From Lachnospiraceae bacterium (GTDB lineage Bacteria > Bacillota > Clostridia > Lachnospirales > Lachnospiraceae), in the NCBI GenBank assembly GCA_045642905.1, contig JAZUJT010000046.1:20952-84951 (forward strand): a stretch of DNA of 64,000 nt, in the 5' to 3' direction. Shown in pieces: positions 47,583 to 56,781 of the stretch. Made by a program: the position numbers and the translations under genes. Every line of letters starts with the position of its first letter. The first letter of the stretch is position 1. The notes beneath the pieces were generated by a model. The model was not told where the DNA came from. It saw only the letters and a program-made list of their open reading frames with translations, and ran no database searches.

Positions 47583-48800
47583 ATGAGTATTTATGATGAT
47601 TTGATAAAAGGGAATATTATGAATTCAGACAGTGCTGATAAATTTTCGTCTTATAAAGGAAATGATGCTGCAGCTTCGGATAAGAGAATAATTGAATTAT
47701 TAAAATCCAAATATGATTTCAATAATCCTGACGATGTAATTAAGTGTTACCGAGACATTCAGAATGTTCATTTTTCTTCGGAATTGGGAAGAAAATTTGA
47801 TGATTATATTTTTGACTTAAAGAATTCCGTAAAAAATGCCGATATAAATAAAAATAATGGTATTGTGCCCAAATCCGGAAAGGGTAATGTATCTTCGGGC
47901 GGTTCGGGTAAAGATAAAGTCAATAAAAGGGATACTTTAAAGAATAGCGATAAAAAGATTTCATATACGGATGACAGTATTCTTAATCAGGAAGCGATTA
48001 AGGAACTGAACCGCCGGAATAAATTACGAAATATGATAATTTTTCTTTTGCTCGCACTTGCAGGATGTTCGATATTTTTCTTCGGCATCTATTATAAGGA
48101 TGCGTATGAGGCACAGAAGGAAGCTCAACGATTTGCAGAGCTTAAAAGTTCCGAGGTATCACAGTTTATAACCGTTGAACAGGAACTTAAGAAAGACTAT
48201 GATACGACAGTTGTCATTCCGGAAATTTTGGATGAATACAAAGCTTTGTATAACAAGAATAAAAGTCTTATAGGATGGATAAAAATCGACGACACGAAGA
48301 TTGATTATCCCGTTATGCAGACAATTAATAACGATTATTATCTGAAACATAATTTTGACCAGAAGGAAGATGCAAACGGTTGTATTTTCCTTGATACCGA
48401 TTGCGACATTATTCTTGGATGTACCAATTATATAGTTTACGGTCATCATATGAATTCGGGTAAGATGTTCGGTTCTTTGGTTAAATACGGTTCATATGAT
48501 TTTTACAAGAATCATGACACTATTTACTTTGATACCATTTATGAGAAGGGCACATACAAAATCATGTATGTATTCAGGTCTCATATTTACAATGAAGATG
48601 AAATAGCTTTTAAGTATTATCAATTTATTCAGGCCAACTCGGAAGCGGAGTTCAATTCCGCAATGGATTCGATGGCCGAAATGTCATTATATGAAACAGG
48701 AGTTTATCCCCATTACGGCGATCAGCTTCTTACACTTTCAACCTGTGATTATCAGGAAGCAAACGGTAGATTTGTTGTTGTTGCCAAAAAGGTAGACTGA
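47583..48800 (+). CDS. srtB: Class B sortase with long N-terminal pre-TM extension
   Basis: GWI.I..T.IDYPVMQ..NN.YYL, YGHHM..GKMFG.L, LTLSTC, RFVV; start may instead be 47619. Confidence 0.92.
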   Translation: MSIYDDLIKGNIMNSDSADKFSSYKGNDAAASDKRIIELLKSKYDFNNPDDVIKCYRDIQNVHFSSELGRKFDDYIFDLKNSVKNADINKNNGIVPKSGKGNVSSGGSGKDKVNKRDTLKNSDKKISYTDDSILNQEAIKELNRRNKLRNMIIFLLLALAGCSIFFFGIYYKDAYEAQKEAQRFAELKSSEVSQFITVEQELKKDYDTTVVIPEILDEYKALYNKNKSLIGWIKIDDTKIDYPVMQTINNDYYLKHNFDQKEDANGCIFLDTDCDIILGCTNYIVYGHHMNSGKMFGSLVKYGSYDFYKNHDTIYFDTIYEKGTYKIMYVFRSHIYNEDEIAFKYYQFIQANSEAEFNSAMDSMAEMSLYETGVYPHYGDQLLTLSTCDYQEANGRFVVVAKKVD

Positions 48801-48817
48801 CCTAAAAGGAGATCATT

Positions 48818-51800
48818 ATGGCACTTAAGAAGAAAACTTCAAGAAGAACAAAAAGAATTGTGAGGAAGACTATTGCGGGTCTTTGTATGGCAAGTGCAAT
48901 AATTGTTGCCTGCATACCGGCACCCAAGACAGCCGCATATGTTACTCCTACAGGATATGATTATAAATATGCTGTTGAAGCAACTGACAGTACTCCCAAG
49001 GCATCTATGGGTGATCCTTTATATTCCAACGGCGTAGAATTGGATAAATTGTATTTTGACACTTTTAATCCCGGTGGTACGCTTCAGGAAGACGATCCTT
49101 CCGTATTTAAAATTATGAATGTTCTTCCACTTACCAACGGTACATATACACTAAATTGGCAGTTTAAGATTTATTTGCAGACTGTCGGTTCTATTCCGAT
49201 GGGTGTTATTTGTAAGTATAATTCAACCTATGCCGCAGATGATATTTCCATTCAGCCTACCATGCCTTTGGAATATATGATTATTTCGGCGGACGAATAT
49301 AATAAATTCTATAAAGTATTTGAAACGGCGGATACTGCCGATACAGCAGAATTTACTTTAAAAGACAATACAACCAAGAAGACTTTGCAGAATAAATATT
49401 ATTCCAAATATTCAGACTTTCCGGCTTCAATCATTACCGAAAATGATGATGAATGGTGGCTTGATAAATATTTCCATGATTTGTACACTCAATACTTAAG
49501 CTTGTTCCCGAAGTATGAGCAATATCTTGTTGATCTCGAACTTTATAACCAATATCAGTCCGACCTTGCTCATTATAATGCTTATCTTCAGTCATATAAT
49601 GAGTGGAAGGCTGCGGGAGAAGATCCCAATACAAAGCCTGCTGTTGTGGAAGAGCCCGAGTATGTAAAGAATCCTACCGTGGTAAATGAGCCTACGCTTG
49701 TATGCTATGTAAAGGATATGAAGATTGATGCCAAGAAATCTTTCTTCTGTGATGTAAACCCCGATTATAATAATAACCTTATTTCTCTTAAGGATTATAA
49801 ACTTGCCGAAGTACTTGATTACAGTCAGGCGGCTGCGGGAAGCCCTTCCGTAAAGACTGTATATATGCCTAAGGGTGAGCCGAATGCAAACTTTAACGAT
49901 CCCGGTTCCATCAGCGATGATAACCCCAATGACGGAAACGGTTTCAGAATTATCGACAAATGTCTTGTTATTGCCATCGGTGACAACGCTTTTCGTAAGA
50001 CTACGAATGTAAATTCACTTACTATTTGTCCCGAAATTAAATATATCGGTGATAATGCTTTCAGAGATTCATTTGTTTCCAATGTAACCTTTAGCAACGT
50101 TGAAAATATCGGAAACAGAGCATTTTACGGTTGTTCCAAACTGGATTCCATCAAATTTCCTTCCGGTGCCACAAATATAGGTACGGAAGCATTTTACGGA
50201 ACCGCCCTGACACAAGTTGTTTTCCCTGTATCGGTTGAGTATATCGGTCCGGGTGCATTTGCAAATTGTAACAGACTTACTTCTCTTGATTTCAGTACAA
50301 TGAACAAGACAAGTGCCACAATTGACAACTTTGCATTTTACGATGATATAAAGCTTACCGATATTAAGTTTTCAAATTCCATTAAGTTTATCGGAGACGC
50401 GGCATTTGCATGCAGCACTTCCGTTTCGGGTGCATTGACTACATTTACATTCCCCGAAAATATTTCAAGCGATCCTAACGGTCTCGGTAATTTTGTTTTG
50501 GCAGGTCGTACCAATTTGAAGCATGTAATTATGCCTCCGGATTACGGTAAATTTACGACTGTTGAATTACCTTACGGTACTTTTGCAAACTGTTTGAACC
50601 TTGAATGTGTTGAGTTCCCTACCGATTCGGATAATGCCAACTCCTGCGGTCTTGTTACGTTCGGAGTTTATAACGACGGTTCCAACACCAGAACTATTTT
50701 CGATTCAATTCGAAATAAGGATTTCTATGTAAGAGGTCCCGAACTTGATTACACCAATGCGGTTGCATCTCCCCGTAAGTCTACCTGGGGACTTAAGACC
50801 AACCTTGGCAATGATGTTCCTTATGTTTATACAGATGCTAACGGCGAGGAGCATTTTGAAATTTCAAACGGTGATTACATTTTAATTATTGATGATAATG
50901 GTATTTTACAGTCATGTAAGCTTTTGGATAACAGTCCGGCAACTCTTGCGGAAGGTATTGACATGATTATCCCCGAGAAGGTCGGAGATACCGAAGTTGT
51001 CGGTATTGCATCCACTTGCTTCAATGACAAGGATATCCACGATAACATGACTTCGCTTACCATAAACGATAATTCCATCAGTGAGATTGCGCCCGAAGCA
51101 TTCAAAAACTGTAAGCGTCTGGAGAAGGTAAGTATCGGTAATACGGTTACCAAGATTGGTGACAGTGCATTTGAAGGATGTAACAAGTTGACTTACGTTA
51201 ATTTCGAAGCACCTGTTAACGGATATTCTTCATTCCCGATTAGCAATATCGGTAACAATGCATTCAGTACCGGTGCGCCTACTCTTACTTTCGAAGGTGA
51301 TATCGAAGAAGGATACGGTCCTTTTGACTGGGCTATGCAGTACGATAACTACGTAGATCCCAATAACGGTGTAAGAGTATGTTACACAAGCGGTTATCCT
51401 ACATATTTAACCGTTATCGTTGACAACAGAAATAAGATGCCTACCCTTGTTTCATATCCTCATTACGAGATGATTGATGAACTTTCCGGAACCAAAGATG
51501 ATGAGCATCCTCTTTCCGAAAGATACATTCATCTCGGTGAAACATATGATGATAACGGAACTACCGAAATTTACAGTATGACTCTTAACGAGGAAAAGCT
51601 TGTTAACTCGACCTTGAACCTTGTTGTTCCCAAGGCTATTAAGTCTGTAGACGTTATGGGCTACATGAATAACAGTTCCAAGGAAGATCCCAATTTAACA
51701 GGTGTTCATACCAATACAAATAATGTTTCGAAGTATTTGTTTAAAGACTCATACTTTGACCAATATAAGAAGAACGGTCTTTTCTCGGGTTATTACGGAA

Positions 51801-53845
51801 ATGAGACCGATGCAGATGGCAAGAAACGTGAAAATCCTGCAGGCAGCTCTTTGGAAAAAGAAAGTAAAGGTAATGATATTTTAACTTCCATACGTTTGGA
51901 AGGCGTTGAATATCTTCCCGATTACTGCTTCGACAGCTGCGAACAGCTTAAGAGTGTATATATCGGTGATCAATGCGAATCCGTAGGTGCCGCACCTTTC
52001 ATCGGTTGCTATAACCTTACAAGCCTTGCAATCGATAATCCTTCTTACAAATGTGAAAACGGTATTCTTTACAAGGATAAAGGTGACGGTTCATATTCGC
52101 TTGTTGAAGTTTTAGGCTCAAGAGGAACTCTTGTCGGTGATTCAAAGCTTAAAGTATGCGAAAAGGATCCTTTGCTTTCATCCGTTTCAGAGATAGAAGA
52201 CAGTGCAATCATGGATTGCGGCGGCGTTTACGGAGTAGACCTTCGCGGTATGGATCTTATGAAAGTCCTTCCCGACAATTGCTTCAAAAACGACCATAAG
52301 TTAAGCCAGATTATTGTTCCGGATAATATTACTTCCGTAGGTCATGAGTGTTTTGCAAATACAATGGAAGGCATTCAGGTAGTATTTTACGGTGAAGAAG
52401 TATTCCTTCCTCCGGATACATTTAAGGATTTGGAAAACTTTGCCGTTGTTTCATATGAAAGATCTGCGGTAAGAAAAGCAGCAAGAGATTTAGGTGCTGA
52501 TGTTTCCCAGACTCTTGATTACACTTACAAGTGTCAGTTCTTCGATTGGGACGGAAAAGAACTTTCCGATATTATCTTTATCGTAGAAGGTGAGAATGTA
52601 AGTCTTGATTATGTACCGGAAGATCCTAAGCGTGTAGGATATAAGTTTACCGGTTGGGATAAGTCATTACAGAATATTTGCGAAGATACTCTTTTCTTTG
52701 CAACATATGAAGTTGATCCCGATTATGAGTACGAGCCCGGTGATGAAGATTCTTCGGGTTCGAAAGGTGGCTCGGGCTCCAAAAAGAAGACTTCGGAATC
52801 GGTTTCCGAAGGCGGCGGTGGTTCGGGTTCGGGTTCTTCCGACGATGACAGCGCTTCATCAACAAGTAAGAAAAAGAAAACTTCCGGAAGCAAATCATCC
52901 GGTTCAGGTTCGGGTTCGGGCTCAGGCTCGAGTTCGGGTTCGGGCGGCGGAGAAGATCCCGTTACTCCCGAGGATAAGAAGTTTTATACATTAACCGTTA
53001 ACGGCGGTAACGGAAGCGGCTCTTATGTTGAAGGATCAACCGTAGTTATTTCCTGTACGAATGTACCTGCCGGAAAACAGTTTGATAAGTGGATTCCCGA
53101 AACGGCTGACCTTGGTATTGCCAGTGTTTCGATTTCGGCAACTACGCTTGTTATGCCCGGTCATAATGCTGTAGTAAATGCTTCTTTTGTTGATAAAGGA
53201 ACTGCAACAACGACTCCGGCGTCTACAACCACCTCGACATCCGCATCGACATCCAAGAAAGATGACGGTGGCACAAAGGTTGTTGTTTCCAAGAACGGTA
53301 TTTCCAATACCGGACTTGCCAGCGCCAAGGTTACCGGTTCACCTGATGATTTTGTAATCAGAATAAATGAAACTCAGGCCGCTACCGAAGCTGTTGAAGC
53401 TGCACTTATTAACGAATACGGTTCACTTGACAATATCAGGTATTCGGCAATGGATATTACTTTATACGATGCTACAGGAAGTAATCTGATTACCGATTAT
53501 TCGGGACTTAGCATTTCAATTACAATTCCGATTCCGGATACACTTACACAGTATGCAGGTAACAACAAGGTTGCTGGTGTAGTTAATGACAGACTCGATA
53601 AATTGAATCCCAAGTATACTTCTATTGACGGAGTACCTTGTATGACATTTACCGCAACTCATTTCTCACCTTATACCATTTATGCTGATGTAACCAATAT
53701 TTCAACAGGAAAGATTGATGCTACACCCAAGACAGGTGATCATATTGAGCCCAAGTGGTTCCTTTCATTCGGACTCGCAGCTATATCAATTGCTTTGTTC
53801 TTCATGAAAGACAGAAAGAAGAAATCATATATTACTGTTGCTTAA
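48818..53845 (+). CDS. Large sortase-anchored BspA-type leucine-rich-repeat surface protein (1675 aa)
   Basis: Basic N-terminus plus hydrophobic signal; many IG..AF..C..L repeats; InlB-B-like repeats (P.RVGYKFTGWD; GKQFDKW); Gly/Ser linker; TPKTG + TM + basic tail. Confidence 0.9.
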   Translation: MALKKKTSRRTKRIVRKTIAGLCMASAIIVACIPAPKTAAYVTPTGYDYKYAVEATDSTPKASMGDPLYSNGVELDKLYFDTFNPGGTLQEDDPSVFKIMNVLPLTNGTYTLNWQFKIYLQTVGSIPMGVICKYNSTYAADDISIQPTMPLEYMIISADEYNKFYKVFETADTADTAEFTLKDNTTKKTLQNKYYSKYSDFPASIITENDDEWWLDKYFHDLYTQYLSLFPKYEQYLVDLELYNQYQSDLAHYNAYLQSYNEWKAAGEDPNTKPAVVEEPEYVKNPTVVNEPTLVCYVKDMKIDAKKSFFCDVNPDYNNNLISLKDYKLAEVLDYSQAAAGSPSVKTVYMPKGEPNANFNDPGSISDDNPNDGNGFRIIDKCLVIAIGDNAFRKTTNVNSLTICPEIKYIGDNAFRDSFVSNVTFSNVENIGNRAFYGCSKLDSIKFPSGATNIGTEAFYGTALTQVVFPVSVEYIGPGAFANCNRLTSLDFSTMNKTSATIDNFAFYDDIKLTDIKFSNSIKFIGDAAFACSTSVSGALTTFTFPENISSDPNGLGNFVLAGRTNLKHVIMPPDYGKFTTVELPYGTFANCLNLECVEFPTDSDNANSCGLVTFGVYNDGSNTRTIFDSIRNKDFYVRGPELDYTNAVASPRKSTWGLKTNLGNDVPYVYTDANGEEHFEISNGDYILIIDDNGILQSCKLLDNSPATLAEGIDMIIPEKVGDTEVVGIASTCFNDKDIHDNMTSLTINDNSISEIAPEAFKNCKRLEKVSIGNTVTKIGDSAFEGCNKLTYVNFEAPVNGYSSFPISNIGNNAFSTGAPTLTFEGDIEEGYGPFDWAMQYDNYVDPNNGVRVCYTSGYPTYLTVIVDNRNKMPTLVSYPHYEMIDELSGTKDDEHPLSERYIHLGETYDDNGTTEIYSMTLNEEKLVNSTLNLVVPKAIKSVDVMGYMNNSSKEDPNLTGVHTNTNNVSKYLFKDSYFDQYKKNGLFSGYYGNETDADGKKRENPAGSSLEKESKGNDILTSIRLEGVEYLPDYCFDSCEQLKSVYIGDQCESVGAAPFIGCYNLTSLAIDNPSYKCENGILYKDKGDGSYSLVEVLGSRGTLVGDSKLKVCEKDPLLSSVSEIEDSAIMDCGGVYGVDLRGMDLMKVLPDNCFKNDHKLSQIIVPDNITSVGHECFANTMEGIQVVFYGEEVFLPPDTFKDLENFAVVSYERSAVRKAARDLGADVSQTLDYTYKCQFFDWDGKELSDIIFIVEGENVSLDYVPEDPKRVGYKFTGWDKSLQNICEDTLFFATYEVDPDYEYEPGDEDSSGSKGGSGSKKKTSESVSEGGGGSGSGSSDDDSASSTSKKKKTSGSKSSGSGSGSGSGSSSGSGGGEDPVTPEDKKFYTLTVNGGNGSGSYVEGSTVVISCTNVPAGKQFDKWIPETADLGIASVSISATTLVMPGHNAVVNASFVDKGTATTTPASTTTSTSASTSKKDDGGTKVVVSKNGISNTGLASAKVTGSPDDFVIRINETQAATEAVEAALINEYGSLDNIRYSAMDITLYDATGSNLITDYSGLSISITIPIPDTLTQYAGNNKVAGVVNDRLDKLNPKYTSIDGVPCMTFTATHFSPYTIYADVTNISTGKIDATPKTGDHIEPKWFLSFGLAAISIALFFMKDRKKKSYITVA
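52751..52951 (+). repeat. Gly/Ser low-complexity linker (TCGGGT-type hexamers)
   Basis: Encodes SSGSKGGSGSKKKTS...KKKKTSGSKSSGSGSGSGSGSSSGSGGG. Confidence 0.8.
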
Positions 53846-53855
53846 GGGCGAATAA

Positions 53856-56651
53856 ATGGCAAAAAAGATTTTCAGAAGAAGCGTAGGAACCCTATTGATT
53901 CTTTTGGCCATATTGGTTTTAAGACTTCCAATGGGGTTAGATGCTTCCAAAACTAATACTCAATCCGATTTTTTGATGGACAATGACATATTGGTTAAAT
54001 ACACAGGCACGGCGGAAACCGTGTCTGTTCCTGATTCTGTTAAAGAAATCGGTGAAGAGGCCTTTAGCGGAAATTCTGTTTTAAAGAAGATTACTTTGCC
54101 CAAAAATCTTGAAAAGATTAGTTATGGTGCATTTTACGAATGCAGTTCGCTTGAAAAGATAGCGATACCCGACAAGTGCAATACCATAGAAACCGCTGCA
54201 TTCGGAAATTGTGTTTCATTAAAAGAAGTTTCAATGGGTGCCAATCTTAAGTCTCTCGGCAACGGTGTATTTGTCGGATGCTCTTCATTAAAGAAGATTT
54301 CATCCGCTTCCCCGGACTATATTTGCACCAATTCAGCTATATATAATAAGGACAAAACAAAATTAATCGAGGTTTTGCCCACTTTAAAATCCGATAATTT
54401 TAAAATCGCTTCATCAACAAAAACGATTATGCCTTATGCGTTTTACGGTTGTAATAAGATTAAGTCTGTAACATTACCGACGGATATTGCAGAAATTCCA
54501 TCTTATTCCTTTTCAAATTGTAACGGGCTTAAGAGTATTTCTCTTCCCTATTCCGTTTTGAATATTGACGCAAAGGCTTTTGAAAATTGTTCCAATCTTA
54601 CAAATGTGTTTATTCCCGAATCTGTTTCGTACATTCATTCAACAGCATTTGACGGATGCCCGAAGCTTTCGGTTGATGCTCCTACGGGATGCTATGCATA
54701 CAATTGGTTTAAGCAATTTGATAATTCCGATGTTGCGATAACCGACAGCGAAGATAACGATAATGATGTTATTTCGGATGACAGTGATGAAGAGAATAAG
54801 GAAGATAAGGAAAATACATCCGATAATAAACAGCCTTCCGAAAATAAGGACGGCAAGCAATTATTTGAAATACATACCGTTTCGGGAAACAATATAGGTC
54901 AGACTCGTGTTGTTGGAAGAAATGCGGTTTTCTTCATTGACAATACAGAGGCACCGGTAAGCGAAGAAAATATATCGGGTTCGGAAGCTTCTTTACCTTT
55001 GGATAATCCGGATTTTTCGGATTTTGATTTTATTCCCGAAGATAATAATTTGAAAGGTTCTTTGTTATTTAAACTTTCAATTGTTGATAACAAAATCGCA
55101 GGTAAAGCTTTTTACGGCGACACATCGTTGACTTCATATGAAATCCCGGAAAATATTTCTTCGATAGGTGATTTTTCTTTTGCCAGATCGGGACTTGAAA
55201 CCATAGTAATTCCGGATGGTGTTACTTCAATAGGATACGGTGCGTTTTATCATTGCGATAATTTGAAAAATATTGTTGTACCTTCTTCGGTTACGAGAAT
55301 TGAAGCATCTGCGTTCGATATGACCAGAATGATGGATAACTTCAAAAAGTACGGTTCTTCGGATTTCATGATTCTCGGAGACGGTATTTTGGTTGCATAT
55401 AAGGGAAAGGATAGTTCCGTTCATATTCCCGATGGCGTTAAACAAATCGGAGCGAATTGCTTTGAAAACAATAAGTCTGTTTCCGAAGTATATCTTCCCG
55501 ACAGTATAGTATCCATCGGAGAGGACGCCTTTAACGGTTGTTCTTCGCTTAAGTATTTAAGCGGCGGCATGAATTTAAAGACAATCGAAGACAGAGCATT
55601 TATGAATTGCCCGCTGGAGACCGTAAGAATAGTTGAATCGGTTGAAAATATCGGTTTAAGAGCTTTTGATTATTCGGACTCAGATATTTCGGAAAATAAG
55701 AAAGTTGCTTATTTCTACGGGGATGATCTTCCCAAGATTTATTATGGAAAGCTTTCATCGAGACTTACCAACGAAGATTACCGTAAGGATGCTTTAAGCG
55801 ATGTGAAAATTGCGGTTGTATCCAATGAAAACATTAATTTGAAAGGAACCGTTCTTGATAAAGATTTGTCCGGCTTTTCCGGAATTATTTGTGTAACTGC
55901 CGTTAAAAATTCGGGCTTATCGAACGGTACTTTGAAAATTATCGGAAATACTCTATCTTATGAAGAGGCTTTGGATTTCTCCGTTCCCGATACTGTATTG
56001 GTATTCGGAAAAGAATATGATTTGTCGCAGGATGAACTTTCGGTTTCCTTAAATGAGGTCTTAAGCAATCATATCGACGAGACTTCTGAGGCACAAAATT
56101 CTGAATCTGAAGAAACCGATACAATTAATATGGATGAGTATGTTTCTTTTGGCGGTTCGGATGATTTATATAAAATAGAGATTGCATACGATGAGCATCC
56201 AAGTGAGGAGATTAGCAGAGCTTATTACAGGGCATTTTCACAATCGGTGCCTTCAAACGTAATTTCGTTTGATATAAATGTTCATAAAAAGGACAGCGAT
56301 ATTTATCTTTCCAAGTTTGGCAAACAAATGCTTAAAGTATCGACTGATGTTCCGAGTATAGCAACACAAGGAAAGCTTCATCTTGTATGTCTTGATGATG
56401 ACGGTCAGCTTGAAGAAGTTAAATACGTTAATGTTAATGATGAATCGGGAAATAAACTTGAATTTTCCGTAAATCATACCGGCAAATTTGCATTTTACAG
56501 TATTAAGTCCGAATCGGACGGCATGAATATGGATGATTCGCCCGATACGGGAGATCATTCGATTGAACCTAAATTGTTTTTGGCAATAGGGTTGTTCCTT
56601 GCGGGAATTGCAATGTTTTTGATTAAGGGAAAGAAAAAATACATTGTTTAA
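53856..56651 (+). CDS. Sortase-anchored BspA-type LRR surface protein (931 aa)
   Basis: Signal peptide; two LRR blocks; acidic linker; SPDTG + TM + basic tail. Confidence 0.9.
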   Translation: MAKKIFRRSVGTLLILLAILVLRLPMGLDASKTNTQSDFLMDNDILVKYTGTAETVSVPDSVKEIGEEAFSGNSVLKKITLPKNLEKISYGAFYECSSLEKIAIPDKCNTIETAAFGNCVSLKEVSMGANLKSLGNGVFVGCSSLKKISSASPDYICTNSAIYNKDKTKLIEVLPTLKSDNFKIASSTKTIMPYAFYGCNKIKSVTLPTDIAEIPSYSFSNCNGLKSISLPYSVLNIDAKAFENCSNLTNVFIPESVSYIHSTAFDGCPKLSVDAPTGCYAYNWFKQFDNSDVAITDSEDNDNDVISDDSDEENKEDKENTSDNKQPSENKDGKQLFEIHTVSGNNIGQTRVVGRNAVFFIDNTEAPVSEENISGSEASLPLDNPDFSDFDFIPEDNNLKGSLLFKLSIVDNKIAGKAFYGDTSLTSYEIPENISSIGDFSFARSGLETIVIPDGVTSIGYGAFYHCDNLKNIVVPSSVTRIEASAFDMTRMMDNFKKYGSSDFMILGDGILVAYKGKDSSVHIPDGVKQIGANCFENNKSVSEVYLPDSIVSIGEDAFNGCSSLKYLSGGMNLKTIEDRAFMNCPLETVRIVESVENIGLRAFDYSDSDISENKKVAYFYGDDLPKIYYGKLSSRLTNEDYRKDALSDVKIAVVSNENINLKGTVLDKDLSGFSGIICVTAVKNSGLSNGTLKIIGNTLSYEEALDFSVPDTVLVFGKEYDLSQDELSVSLNEVLSNHIDETSEAQNSESEETDTINMDEYVSFGGSDDLYKIEIAYDEHPSEEISRAYYRAFSQSVPSNVISFDINVHKKDSDIYLSKFGKQMLKVSTDVPSIATQGKLHLVCLDDDGQLEEVKYVNVNDESGNKLEFSVNHTGKFAFYSIKSESDGMNMDDSPDTGDHSIEPKLFLAIGLFLAGIAMFLIKGKKKYIV

Positions 56652-56669
56652 AACATTTTGAAGTTACCT

Positions 56670-56702
56670 AAAAACTCACTGATATAAGGCAGTGAGTTTT
56701 TT
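56670..56702 (+). terminator. Terminator of sortase locus
   Basis: AAAAACTCACTG/CAGTGAGTTTTT. Confidence 0.88.
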
Positions 56703-56713
56703 GATTTTGTGGG

Positions 56714-56742
56714 TTGACACAAATCGTATGATTGTATACAAT
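56714..56742 (+). promoter_or_regulatory. Sigma-A promoter with GntR/FCD-type operator over the -10
   Basis: TTGACA-17-TACAAT; perfect palindrome ATTGTATACAAT at 56731-56742. Confidence 0.75.
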
Positions 56743-56781
56743 TATACTCATAAACTTTTTATGTGATTAAGGAGAAAGAAA

